This document shows, piece after piece, positions 1 through 9,185 of a stretch of 32,000 bases of DNA (position 1 is the stretch's first letter; every line of letters begins with the position of its first letter). Origin of the DNA: Microcystis aeruginosa NIES-2549 (GTDB lineage Bacteria; Cyanobacteriota; Cyanobacteriia; Cyanobacteriales; Microcystaceae); NCBI RefSeq assembly GCF_000981785.2, contig NZ_CP011304.1:2550001-2582000 (forward strand), given 5' to 3'. The notes beneath the pieces are model-generated. The model worked only from the letters and a program-made list of their open reading frames with translations, ran no database searches and was not told the origin of the DNA. A program made the position numbers and the translations under genes.

Positions 1-226
1 TCATGGCGATTCTGGTACTATTTGCTGTTGTCCACTGTCGCCAAGAAACGGGCAAAGAACGACCATTAAGAATAATTTTTTTTCCCTGTTGCTGGTTTGA
101 TAAATCCCTAGCAGCTAAAGTTATTGGTGATCTATGATCGGCTAAAGATATAGCTGGACTGCCGATAATTATCAAGGAAGTTACCGTTAAACAGATAGAT
201 GATAAAGTCAGGTAATTTAACTGCAT
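1..226 (-). CDS. 5' part of a secreted protein of unassigned function; the gene continues past the window start
   Basis: ATG at 224-226 on the minus strand, open to position 1. Translation MQLNYLTLSSICLTVTSLIIIGSPAISLADHRSP... looks like a signal peptide. The start lies 2 nt after the panC/cmk stop, which suggests co-transcription. Confidence 0.5.
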   Translation of the reverse strand, partial: MQLNYLTLSSICLTVTSLIIIGSPAISLADHRSPITLAARDLSNQQQGKKIILNGRSLPVSWRQWTTANSTRIAM

Positions 227-228
227 AA

Positions 229-1779
229 TTATCCCCCTAAATCACCTGAGTTAAGATGATAAAGAGCAATGATTTTTTCCGTGACTTCTGTAATAGTGAG
301 ATGATCGGTATTAACTTCGATCGCATCTGTGGCTTTTCGCAGGGGTGCTAGGGAGCGATTACTATCCAAATAATCCCTTTTTTCAATCTCTTGGGTTAAT
401 TCTGCGAGACTAATACCTCCATTTCCCTGCGCTTCTAAGTCTTTTAATCTCCTTCTGGCTCTTTCTTCGGGTGTCGCTGTCAAGAAAATCTTTAATTCCG
501 CTTCTGGGAAAACATTAGTACCAATATCTCGACCTTCCACAACTATTCCCCCCGACATTCCCATCTGTCTTTGCAGGGTGACTAACTGCTGTCGCACCGC
601 TTTTTGAGCGGCAATTCTGGACACTTGCGAGGTAATTGCGGGAGAGCGAATCTCTAAAGTCACATCCTGCCCGTTAATCTTCACTATAGTCACATTTTCG
701 GGACTATCGGCCGGAATTATTTCTATCTTCGCTAAAGATAATAACTCGGCGATGGCCGCTTCTGCGGACAAATCCAGACCGGAATTCACCACCAACCATG
801 TCACCGCACGATACATCGCACCGGTATCGAGATAGGTTAACCCCAATTTTTCCGCTACTAAGCGCGTTACCGTCGATTTTCCCGCTCCAGCAGGTCCATC
901 AATAGCGATAACTGCCCGACGTTGACGCAAGATAATATTATCAATTAAACGGGTTTGACCGATCGATCCAGCGATCGCTAACAAGCCACCTGTCTCGATC
1001 TGCTCGATCGGTTGTAAACTCTGGGGATGGACTAAATCCAGATACTGAGGGCGAAATTCTGGCACTCTGTCGAGATTTTTTTGCACAATAGCCAGTAGTT
1101 TTTCCCTTTGTCTTTCCCCTAAACGAAAACTTTCGAGAGCTAATTGCAAACTTTGGGCGATAATTGTCGCTTTTTCCCTTTCTGTGGCCGATAGATACTG
1201 ATTGCGAGAACTAACTGCTAATCCCGATGTTTCTCGCACTGTAGCACAAGCGCGAATCTCGATCGCTAAATTTAAATCCCTGACTAATTGCCGGATAATC
1301 GCTAACTGTTGGGCATCCTTTTCGCCAAAATAGGCGATCGTCGGTGCAATTATATTAAACAACCGCGTGACAATTGTGGCTACTCCCTGAAAATGCCCCG
1401 GACGAAAAGCACTACATAACCCGCTAGTCAGAGAAATCGGGGGAACAACTGCGGTTATCTCCTCAGAATTACCAATTCCTAAAGTTTCCGCACTGGGAGC
1501 AAAAATAGCAGCAACTCCCAAAGATTCACACAATTGGCGATCGCTGTCAAGGCTGCGGGGATAGCGAGAAAAATCCTCTGTGGGGCCAAATTGTAGAGGA
1601 TTAACAAAAATACTGACCACCGTTACCTCCGCTTCCGTCACTGCGCGTCGAATTAGACTAGCATGACCTTTATGGAGAGCGCCCATGGTTGGCACGAGGG
1701 CAATACTATGATCATGGCGATAATCAGCCAAAAAAGTGCGTAAACCGGGGATTGTTGTGAATATTTGCACAGGGTTCAC
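229..1779 (-). CDS. panC: bifunctional pantoate--beta-alanine ligase / cytidylate kinase (PanC-Cmk fusion typical of cyanobacteria)
   Basis: 516-aa ORF. The N-terminal half has PanC motifs (PTMGALHKGHASL, FGEKDAQQ). The C-terminal half has the Cmk P-loop IAIDGPAGAGKST and RDIGT. Confidence 0.95.
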   Translation of the reverse strand: MNPVQIFTTIPGLRTFLADYRHDHSIALVPTMGALHKGHASLIRRAVTEAEVTVVSIFVNPLQFGPTEDFSRYPRSLDSDRQLCESLGVAAIFAPSAETLGIGNSEEITAVVPPISLTSGLCSAFRPGHFQGVATIVTRLFNIIAPTIAYFGEKDAQQLAIIRQLVRDLNLAIEIRACATVRETSGLAVSSRNQYLSATEREKATIIAQSLQLALESFRLGERQREKLLAIVQKNLDRVPEFRPQYLDLVHPQSLQPIEQIETGGLLAIAGSIGQTRLIDNIILRQRRAVIAIDGPAGAGKSTVTRLVAEKLGLTYLDTGAMYRAVTWLVVNSGLDLSAEAAIAELLSLAKIEIIPADSPENVTIVKINGQDVTLEIRSPAITSQVSRIAAQKAVRQQLVTLQRQMGMSGGIVVEGRDIGTNVFPEAELKIFLTATPEERARRRLKDLEAQGNGGISLAELTQEIEKRDYLDSNRSLAPLRKATDAIEVNTDHLTITEVTEKIIALYHLNSGDLGG

Positions 1780-2277
1780 TCCTTTAATAGCCTATTCCAC
1801 TACTATTCGCCAGGGGATGCTGCCCGATGATCAATTCGGCTGCTTCCGGGGAATCGGCTTTAAATAATAACATCCCATCGCCTCTTTCTGTCCAATAACT
1901 CGTTTTTTGCCTCCTGTCGGCTCTCTTGGGTTTGGTGGGTAAAATGTATTTTATAAGATATATTCCCGCCAGCGAGCGACTGGAACGAACCACAAAGACA
2001 CAAAGGACACAAAGATTGATCGGTTCTATATAAGTTAAACTGATCACACAAAGAATAAGAGAGGCTCCTGTGCTGTCTCGGTTGACCGCTGCATATATGC
2101 TTGTTTAACAAACCGGGGCATAATTTTTTTCAGGACAATGACGGGTGAGCAGCCCGACAATTCTATAGATTAATGGCAAAAAAGACTTGACAAAATCCCT
2201 CGATTTGACCTATACTTTTTATTATAATGGGAATCCGTGCCGAAATATATATATAAGCCTTTTTAGTTCTGCTCATA

Positions 2278-2305
2278 GTAGGGTTGATTCATGAATCAAC
2301 CCTAC
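2278..2305. repeat. 28-bp perfect palindrome GTAGGGTTGATTCATGAATCAACCCTAC in the divergent panC/HAD intergenic region
   Basis: Read directly; the two 14-nt arms are exact reverse complements. Confidence 0.9.
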
Positions 2306-2421
2306 CCCACTTCGGGGGGGTGGGGGAAAATGGTTATTAGCTTCCCCACACCTGGCCCCGACGAAAAACTTTAGTATAATCAAGAACAGTGAGTATTTAT
2401 TAGCTTTTCTGTCTAAGATTG

Positions 2422-3159
2422 ATGTTAAAGGCTGTTCTGTTCGATTTTAATGGGGTGATCATCAATGATGAACCAATCCATCAAGAGTTAATCAATGAAA
2501 TCTTGCTCGGGGAAAATTTGCTGCCCCTAGGGTCGGAATTTGCGGAGTTATGTCTGGGAAGAAGCGATCGCGTCTGTTTGCGTAATGTTCTCACCCGTCG
2601 CGGTCGTCAAGTGACCGAGGAGTATCTGACCAAGTTAATTAACAAAAAAGCGAGTTTATACCGAGAAAGATTAGGAAAATTAGAGAAACTTCCTATTTAT
2701 GAAGAGATATACTCTTTTTTAAAACGGGTTAAGGCCAGGGATTTACAAATCGGTTTGGTGACGGGAGCAATACGATCGGAAGTGGAATCAATCTTGCAAC
2801 AGACGGGCCTTGGGGATTACTTTAGTGTCATTGTCACCGGTGATGAGATCAGCACCAGTAAACCTCAACCGGATGGTTATTTACTGGCCGTAGAAAGATT
2901 CAATCGTTGGAATTTTAATCTACAGTTGCAACCCTGGGAATGTCTGGTGATTGAAGATACTTTTGCCGGTTGCGAAGCGGCAAAAAGAGCCGGAATGCAG
3001 GTGGTGGGAATCGCTCATACCTATCCCTTCCATTTTATGCAGAGAGTGTCCAACTGGGCGATCGATAATTTCTCCCAACTAGACCTCGATCGCGTGGAAG
3101 CAACTTTTAGCCAAATCGGGGATACAAGGGAGCGATCGGGATTTTTAGGCAATTTATAA
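2422..3159 (+). CDS. HAD-superfamily hydrolase (beta-phosphoglucomutase/phosphatase-like, subfamily IA)
   Basis: N-terminal DxD-type motif region AVLFDFNGVIINDE, then VTGA..., SKPQPDGY and IEDTFAGCEAAKRAGM. The ORF track starts at TTG 2419; the ATG at 2422 is preferred. Confidence 0.85.
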   Translation: MLKAVLFDFNGVIINDEPIHQELINEILLGENLLPLGSEFAELCLGRSDRVCLRNVLTRRGRQVTEEYLTKLINKKASLYRERLGKLEKLPIYEEIYSFLKRVKARDLQIGLVTGAIRSEVESILQQTGLGDYFSVIVTGDEISTSKPQPDGYLLAVERFNRWNFNLQLQPWECLVIEDTFAGCEAAKRAGMQVVGIAHTYPFHFMQRVSNWAIDNFSQLDLDRVEATFSQIGDTRERSGFLGNL

Positions 3160-3244
3160 CCATCTAGGGGCGATTCACAAGCTGAAAATACCTACTTGTA
3201 AAAATTGGCAATTCGTGTTATGCTAACGAAACTGCTAAGAAAAT

Positions 3245-3315
3245 GCGGGTGTAGTTTAGTGGTAAAACCCTAGCCTTCCAAGCTAATGATAGGGGTTCGA
3301 TTCCCCTCACCCGCT
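3245..3315 (+). tRNA. tRNA-Gly (anticodon UCC), no encoded CCA
   Basis: Manual cloverleaf: acceptor GCGGGTG/CACCCGC, D stem GTTT/AAAC, anticodon loop CTTCCAA, T arm AGGGG-TTCGATT-CCCCT, discriminator T followed by AGG. Confidence 0.9.
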
Positions 3316-3374
3316 TAGGCTGTTGTGCAGTAAACGTCTAAGGAATTATCGGTAATACTAACGGCGATTCTGAC

Positions 3375-3680
3375 TTAGAGATCGCTATCTTCTAAATATC
3401 TCTGCAAATCTTTGGTACGCTGCTCGGTGACATTTGCCAAACAAAAACCGTAAATCATGGGAGCTAGAGAGCCTCCCTCATAGGCGCTTCTTTCAAATTC
3501 GCAACTGCGAAAATGTCCTAAATTTGGCTTAGTAGCCACATAAAAAATCGTATCAATTTGTGCTAAGGCTTTTTTGGCTTGAGTTAAATCTGGATTTGCG
3601 CCATAAAGATTACCTCCTAAACAGAAAAGGGTGTTGATTTTTCCCCCTTCGGCAGCTTTAATTAATGCCCTGGTATCAAT
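3375..3680 (-). pseudogene. start-less gene fragment, possibly from a molybdopterin-oxidoreductase-type protein
   Basis: A 101-codon open frame is bounded by in-frame stops at 3681-3683 and 3375-3377. It has no plausible start codon and reads IDTRALIKAAEGGKINTLFCLGGNLYGANPDLTQAKKALAQIDTIFYVATKPNLGH.... The LGGN..ANPD pattern resembles molybdopterin oxidoreductases from memory only. Confidence 0.35.
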
Positions 3681-3782
3681 TTAGATCGATTTTATCGATT
3701 ACCCTCGGTTTCGGGATCGGAAATCGTCTGGAGAACTCGATGTATAATGGCAGTAGAGAGGGTCGAAGGGGGAGAAGCGGCC

Positions 3783-4445
3783 ATGAAAGGTTTTCACTAT
3801 TCTTTGGAGTATCCGATCCTTAGAACAGGCTCGGCTGGAAGGGATAGTTGTCCAGCGATTCTACCGACGCAGGGATACGGTTCGGCTATTATCCGAAGGG
3901 CAAGCGAGAACGATATTCGCCCGCTCTACAAACTCTACAAAATCGTCGCTCGCTCGAACCCTGGCAATTTAACCCAGGAAGAAGGCGAAATTACACTCGA
4001 CTATGTGTGCGGGGTGTTAAAGGAAGGATTACAGTGCGGGCTGGTTCTAGTTATCGAAGAGGGGGGGGAAATGGTCGGCTGCTTGAAAGCTTTCACTTCA
4101 CGATTTAAGTGTCTGGCTCACGTCCTCACTAATGCGACGATGATAGTTCATCCCGAATGGCAGGGGAAAGGATACGGCGGTCGATTGATCGATGCTTATC
4201 TGAGAGAAATTGAAGCTAATATGCCTCATATCCTCCGATTTGAACTTTTGCCCCATCGGAGTAATACAAGGGCGATCGAGTTTTACAAAAAGCATGGTTT
4301 CAGATGGGAAAGTATGGCTTTCCAAAAGATTAGAAAACCGCAAGGAAATTTCGACTCCGAAGTTACACTGGTCTGGTTCAACCCGAATTTTTCCGAGGAG
4401 GGGTTGAAAAGATACCATGCTTTTTTAAGTTCTCCTATCCTGTGA
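3783..4445 (+). CDS. GNAT-family N-acetyltransferase
   Basis: Acetyl-CoA binding core IVHPEWQGKGYGGRLIDAYL, then RAIEFYKKHGF. Start ATG 3783 is preferred over 3747 because GGGGGAGAA lies just upstream and a TATAAT at 3742-3747 overlaps the 3747 ATG. Confidence 0.8.
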   Translation: MKGFHYSLEYPILRTGSAGRDSCPAILPTQGYGSAIIRRASENDIRPLYKLYKIVARSNPGNLTQEEGEITLDYVCGVLKEGLQCGLVLVIEEGGEMVGCLKAFTSRFKCLAHVLTNATMIVHPEWQGKGYGGRLIDAYLREIEANMPHILRFELLPHRSNTRAIEFYKKHGFRWESMAFQKIRKPQGNFDSEVTLVWFNPNFSEEGLKRYHAFLSSPIL

Positions 4446-4554
4446 TGTCTAATCCTTTTTTAAAATCGTCGGTAAAGGGATGATCAAATTCAATTAATAG
4501 CCGGAAGATATGTCCCATATAAAAAGGAAAAATAACCGGGCAAGCCGCCGATTA

Positions 4555-4583
4555 TTGACAATATCTCCTGATTGTGATTTTAT
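4555..4583 (+). promoter_or_regulatory. candidate sigma-70 promoter for the 4608 ORF
   Basis: TTGACA at 4555-4560, a 17-nt spacer, then TTTTAT at 4578-4583. GGGAGAG lies before the ATG. Pattern match only. Confidence 0.3.
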
Positions 4584-4607
4584 CAGACTAGGGAGAGATT
4601 TATTAAA

Positions 4608-5093
4608 ATGATAATTCCGATGGATAAAAATGAAGACTTTCAACATTTAGAAGAGATGATCGCCAATCTCCAAGTAAAACAGAAACAGATTCTGAAAGGG
4701 ATGTTAGATTATCCGATTCAAATCGATTCGGCAATGGGGATACTTTCCGATCCATCTCGGCAATTGGCAACAACTCATAATAATATAACCAGAATACATA
4801 AAATACTGAAAGAATTGGAAAAACAAGGATTGGTTAGTTTCCACGATCCTCAATATTCTTTGACCGAGTTGGGAAGGGAAATAGTAGGACACCTTAGCAA
4901 TAAGAGTCCAACCCCAAAATGGGATGCACAGAGAAAGGAAAAACTGCAAAAAACCTACGATTTTTTAGAACTCCATAGACAAGGATTGAGCTATCAGCAA
5001 ATAGGGGATAAATACGGCATAAGTCGGGAGCGCGTCCGTCAAATTCTTGCCAGTAACCCCGAATTTGAAGCTTATCGGCAAAAACAAAAGTAA
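4608..5093 (+). CDS. small DNA-binding protein with a winged-helix-like segment and a C-terminal sigma-70 region-4-like HTH
   Basis: 161 aa. The middle segment ITRIHKILKELEKQGLVSF is MarR/wHTH-like. The C-terminus LSYQQIGDKYGISRERVRQIL matches the sigma-70 region 4.2 HTH pattern. The gene is flanked by AT-rich DNA. Confidence 0.65.
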   Translation: MIIPMDKNEDFQHLEEMIANLQVKQKQILKGMLDYPIQIDSAMGILSDPSRQLATTHNNITRIHKILKELEKQGLVSFHDPQYSLTELGREIVGHLSNKSPTPKWDAQRKEKLQKTYDFLELHRQGLSYQQIGDKYGISRERVRQILASNPEFEAYRQKQK

Positions 5094-5579
5094 AACAATT
5101 ATCGTTGAACGACTGAAAAGAAGAGCAAGAAACGATTATAATTCTATCGGATAACCTGGATAGTTTAGGTTTTTATAGCATCTCGTGAGTTCATAATAGT
5201 GATATTGGGAAGCGGGATAAAAAGATGAAATATTGGCTTTAACTAAATCATCGGTAATTCCATTTTCCCTATTGTTGTATTGAATCTAAACCCTGTCTTG
5301 GATAATCTTAACCTGAATTAAACAACTATGTTGAGTTTGCTGTCACCTTTTGGAGATAATCAGGTATTGGCTTATGTCCATATTCCAAAAGTGTTAAGAA
5401 TTATGTGCGATTGCCCCACCTCTTGACTAAGTTGTTAGAAAAAGTTTTTTTATTGTATGTTAGGATGTGGGCTGTTCATTTTTGGGTCTGATTTGTTCTT
5501 GTATTGATCGGACATTGATTGATGAGCCTTTTTCTGTCAACTCTTGAGGTTGATGCGTTTCATTTTTGAAGGCGAACCG

Positions 5580-6623
5580 ATGAAATATTTCTTAACAAAA
5601 TCACTAATCGCCACGGCGGGAATTACCTTCTTTACTCTCCTTTCTCCTTTCAAGACCCTAGGGGCAACCTTCGATAGTTTTCAGGTATTCGGCGATAGCC
5701 TATCGGATCCAGGAAATTTATATCAACTAACGGGCAATCTTTACCCGACTAGCCCCCCCTACGCAAATGGGCGCTTTTCTAACGGTCCGCTCTGGATCGA
5801 GTATTTACAGGAGGATTTCGGACTGCCGAATAGCGCGGTGCTGAATCTTGCCTACGGCGGGGCCACCAGCGGTCGTCAGAACGTGGCCGAACTCTTGTTC
5901 ACGGGGGATTTTCCCGGATTACTCGACGAGATCGACTCGTTCGCCGCGAACCCGTTCCTATCAACTTTCGACGCTCGCGATCTCTTCGTCGTGTGGGCCG
6001 GGGCTAACGACTATCTTTTCGGCTTCACTACCGACCCCGATGCCGTAGTCGATAACATTATCGCCGCGGTTGAAACCCTGATCTCGCCTGCGGTCGGTGC
6101 GAAAACGGTGATCGTTCCGAATCTACCGGATCTCGGGAAATTACCCAGTCAGGCGGGAATACCGGGGATGACGAATCTAGCCCTAGAGCATAATCAGAAA
6201 TTAGCCGCCGCACTTCAAGCCCTCCAAAACGCTCCCTCGACTGCGGCCACTCTGATCCCGCTTGATATCTACTCTCTCTTCGAGAACACCTACAACGATC
6301 CGTCTCGCTACGGTTTAACCAACGTCACGGACGCTTGTTTGAATATCAATACCGGGCAGAGCTGCTCGAATCCCTCCGAGTATCTTTTCTGGGACGGTTT
6401 CCATCCCACGACCGTAACCCATCGAGCGATCGCCGGTCTCGCCTCGACAACTCTCACCAGCGTTCCCGAACCGGACGCGACAGGTGCGATCATTATCGTC
6501 GCTTTTGTCGGTTTAGGTGTTAAAGTGGCGCAGGTAACGATGAAGAGAAAACCGAACCGGGCCAGCGATCCCGCCTTTCGGGTAAAAGCGGCTGAAGGGA
6601 GGAGTAAATCTTTATTCAGGTAG
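5580..6623 (+). CDS. secreted SGNH/GDSL esterase-lipase with a PEP-CTERM sorting signal
   Basis: Signal peptide MKYFLTKSLIATAGITFFTLLSPFKTLGA. GDSL block FGDSLSDPGN, GANDY, and C-terminal FWDGFHPT (the DxxH catalytic block). The C-terminus VPEP + hydrophobic stretch + KRKPNR is a PEP-CTERM pattern. ATG 5580 is preferred to the upstream TTG/ATG. Confidence 0.85.
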   Translation: MKYFLTKSLIATAGITFFTLLSPFKTLGATFDSFQVFGDSLSDPGNLYQLTGNLYPTSPPYANGRFSNGPLWIEYLQEDFGLPNSAVLNLAYGGATSGRQNVAELLFTGDFPGLLDEIDSFAANPFLSTFDARDLFVVWAGANDYLFGFTTDPDAVVDNIIAAVETLISPAVGAKTVIVPNLPDLGKLPSQAGIPGMTNLALEHNQKLAAALQALQNAPSTAATLIPLDIYSLFENTYNDPSRYGLTNVTDACLNINTGQSCSNPSEYLFWDGFHPTTVTHRAIAGLASTTLTSVPEPDATGAIIIVAFVGLGVKVAQVTMKRKPNRASDPAFRVKAAEGRSKSLFR

Positions 6624-6853
6624 GTAGAAAAATCGTTATAGTGATGTGGAAAGAATCGCCCGTCACAGCATAGCTTGACGGTGGGAGTATGTCAATGTAC
6701 GGCTGTAATGCCTGATTTTGTCCTATAGGTCTAATAAAGTTGTTAAGTATTGCCCTTATCGATCGAGATCGGGTTAGCTTGGAGATAGCAGTGAGCATTC
6801 AGCTTTAAACACTTAAGAACTGCTAACCGAATCACTGATAAGGGGGTTTTTTC

Positions 6854-8356
6854 ATGGCTTTTAGCCGTTCTAGCGGTATTTTGCTTCATCCCACCAGTCA
6901 CCCCGGTCGTTACGGGATTGGAGAACTAGGTAGGGAAGCCTATCAATTTATCGATTTTTTGGCTCAAAGTGGTCAAAAACTCTGGCAAATTCTCCCTTTA
7001 GGCCCCACAGGGTACGGTAACTCTCCCTACATGAGTTTTAGTGCCATTGCCGGCAATCATCTCCTGATTAGTCTCGATCTTCTTCGGGAGAAAAACCTGC
7101 TTAGTGAGGCAGATTTCGAGGATATTCCCGATTTTCCCCTCGATCAAGTGGATTTTGATAAATTGATCGCTTGGAAAATTCCCCTACTTAGAAAGGCGGC
7201 GAGCAATTTTGTCAAGGGTTCTGACACAATTCTTTACAAACAGTTTGCCGGCTTTTGTGCTGGCAATGCCGATTGGTTAGAGGATTACGCCCTATTTATG
7301 GCTTTATCCCACGCTTACCAGGGTAAAGCATGGATGGAATGGCCGACAGAAATTCGCGAACGTCATTGGGGTGCGTTGGAAACACCGAAACAGGAGTTAC
7401 AAGAGGAGATTTTTCTGCACAAATTCCTACAATTTGAGTTTTTTGAGCAGTGGTTAGCCCTAAAACGCTATGCTAACTCCCTCGGTATCGAGATTATCGG
7501 TGATATCCCCATTTATGTCTCCCATAATAGTGCCGATGTTTGGGCAAATCCGCAGGTTTTCCGACTAGATACCCAAACCGGTAATCCCTTAGAAGTGGCA
7601 GGGGTTCCCCCAGATTATTTCTCAGAAACGGGGCAATTATGGGGAAATCCTCTTTATAACTGGGATTATCTCAAAAATACGGGCTTTGACTGGTGGGTAC
7701 GCCGTTTAAAAGCGGTTCTTTCCCTAGTCGATATCATCCGTATCGATCATTTTCGCGGATTAGAGGCCTATTGGGCGGTGGCTTTTGGCCAAGAAAACGC
7801 TATTAATGGTCGTTGGCTCAAGGCCCCGGGTTATGATCTCTTTAATACTATTGGCGCTCGTTTAGGTAAATTGCCGATTATTGCCGAAGATTTGGGCGAT
7901 ATTGACCAAGCAGTCTTAGATTTTCGCGATCACTTTGCCTTCCCCGGGATGAAGATTCTCCACTTTGCTTTTGGGGGTGATGCGGGTAATCCCTATCTTC
8001 CTTTCAACGTCGAACGCAACTGTGTGATTTATACCGGCACTCACGATAATAATACCACTGTGGGCTGGTTTCAAGATAACGCCAATGACTACGAAAAAGC
8101 GCGACTTTATCAATATCTTGGCGCTCCCAGTGGTCAGGGAGTGGCTTGGGATCTGATTCGACTGGCCTATAGTTCCGTGGCTAATCAGGCGATCGTACCG
8201 TTACAGGATGTGTTAAGTTTAGGATCCGATGCGCGTATGAATACCCCTAGTGTCGCAGAAGGGAATTGGTCATGGCGCTATCGTCAGGAAGCTTTAACCG
8301 GAGAATATAGCGAGAGATTGCGAGATTTAGTCAATCTTTTTGGCAGAAATCGTTAA
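6854..8356 (+). CDS. malQ: 4-alpha-glucanotransferase (amylomaltase, GH77)
   Basis: 500 aa. N-terminus SGILLHPTSHPGRYGIGELG...WQILPLGP, then IRIDHFRG, IAEDLG and YTGTHDN, all typical of MalQ. Confidence 0.95.
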   Translation: MAFSRSSGILLHPTSHPGRYGIGELGREAYQFIDFLAQSGQKLWQILPLGPTGYGNSPYMSFSAIAGNHLLISLDLLREKNLLSEADFEDIPDFPLDQVDFDKLIAWKIPLLRKAASNFVKGSDTILYKQFAGFCAGNADWLEDYALFMALSHAYQGKAWMEWPTEIRERHWGALETPKQELQEEIFLHKFLQFEFFEQWLALKRYANSLGIEIIGDIPIYVSHNSADVWANPQVFRLDTQTGNPLEVAGVPPDYFSETGQLWGNPLYNWDYLKNTGFDWWVRRLKAVLSLVDIIRIDHFRGLEAYWAVAFGQENAINGRWLKAPGYDLFNTIGARLGKLPIIAEDLGDIDQAVLDFRDHFAFPGMKILHFAFGGDAGNPYLPFNVERNCVIYTGTHDNNTTVGWFQDNANDYEKARLYQYLGAPSGQGVAWDLIRLAYSSVANQAIVPLQDVLSLGSDARMNTPSVAEGNWSWRYRQEALTGEYSERLRDLVNLFGRNR

Positions 8357-8390
8357 ATAGGGTTTGCGGCAAAAAGCTTTTCCTGGGGGC

Positions 8391-8575
8391 AGGGTGTGGG
8401 GTGTGGGGTGTGGGGTGTGGGGTTTTACCGATTTTGAGGTAGTCAATTACCTAATTTTCAGGGAAAAAGTACCTGAATTTTCCCCCCGATCCCCGCAACG
8501 GCTGGCACTTTTTGAGGAAAAAAAAGTCTAAAAGTCTTATCCAACAAGGTTTTTAGATTTATTCAGCAGACCCTA
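8391..8575 (+). repeat. dispersed intergenic repeat, copy A: (GGGGTGT)n head plus an about 150-bp body
   Basis: Head GGGTGTGGGGTGTGGGGTGTGGGGTGTGGGG at 8391-8423. The body TTTTACCGATTTTGAGGTAGTCAATTACCTAATTTTCAGGGAAAAAGTACCTGAATT...CCAACAAGGTTTTTAGATTTATTC recurs in reverse complement at 21473-21659. Confidence 0.85.
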
Positions 8576-8626
8576 AATCTCAAACCTTTTGTCGAGACGT
8601 TACCCCTAACGTCTCTTTTTGTCCGG

Positions 8627-9097
8627 TTAATGTGAGGGAGAATTTTTTAGCAATCTTTGCCGGATGCGATCGAGATTTTCTCGACTATTGACAGGTAAAT
8701 GGGGTAAGGGTAATTCTAAATTGGGCCAATTACTCAAATCATGGCAGGGACAGGATAAACCCGATTGGCCCAGCACTTCAATTGGTACGGGTATATTACA
8801 ACGAGCGCAGGGGTGAAATTCCCATTGAGGGGAAAGTAAGTCTCGGATAGTTTGTTGAGTACCTTCTAGGTAACAATCGCCACTTTGAGGATCAAGCATT
8901 TTTTGCCAACAATCCTCAAACTCCGACGAATAGCGATCAGCATTGAAAATTGGCAGCGGAAATAGCATAGCTTGGTTTTTGGGACAAATAACTTTTTTTC
9001 CCAATTGAAACCAATGGGCGAGATATTTTTTAACGGCGGGGGTGTCTGACATATAGTTAGGTGTGGAGGCTGCCCTGATTATTGCTCTTACCATCAA
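8627..9097 (-). CDS. conserved-looking Cys-rich hypothetical protein
   Basis: 156-aa ORF with CYLEG...HPCARC...CPCHD cysteine spacing. The start could instead be the internal ATG at 9050-9052 (MSDTPAVKKYLAHWFQLGKK). I recognise no family. Confidence 0.65.
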   Translation of the reverse strand: MMVRAIIRAASTPNYMSDTPAVKKYLAHWFQLGKKVICPKNQAMLFPLPIFNADRYSSEFEDCWQKMLDPQSGDCYLEGTQQTIRDLLSPQWEFHPCARCNIPVPIEVLGQSGLSCPCHDLSNWPNLELPLPHLPVNSRENLDRIRQRLLKNSPSH

Positions 9098-9185
9098 TCC
9101 TAGCGTTAACTTCCGGTGTCGGACAGGTCTTAGGATGATTGATGATCGAGTTTAATAATTATTTTAGGTAACTGAGCATCTACAG

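Noticed and set aside
1784-2111. Minus-strand ORFs of 87 aa and 83 aa upstream of panC
   Set aside because: They overlap each other, are Cys/Arg-rich and have no motifs. The last ~29 aa of the 87-aa ORF (LLFKADSPEAAELIIGQHPL...) faintly resemble a YciI-like C-terminus, but this is too short and start-less to call. At best it is a decayed remnant.
3848-4418. Three ORFs overlapping the GNAT gene (3848-4108 +, 4098-4418 -, 4210-4407 +)
   Set aside because: They are alternative-frame or antisense ORFs inside a gene that has clear GNAT motifs.
5225-5275. Possible ghost copy of the GDSL gene 5' end (ATGAAATATTGGCTTTAACTAAATCATCGGTAATTCC versus ATGAAATATTTCTTAACAAAATCACTAATCGCC...GGAATTACC)
   Set aside because: The similarity is short, needs several indels and hits a stop after 5 codons. 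I cannot distinguish it from chance in AT-rich DNA without an alignment statistic.
4704-8113. Short ORFs at 4704-4949 (-), 5848-6048 (+), 6308-6493 (-), 6335-6523 (+), 6616-6798 (-) and 7916-8113 (-)
   Set aside because: Five overlap longer motif-supported genes (the HTH protein, the GDSL esterase, malQ). The sixth, at 6616-6798, is mostly intergenic with only its 3' end overlapping the GDSL stop codon. It has no start context or motifs and is only 60 aa.
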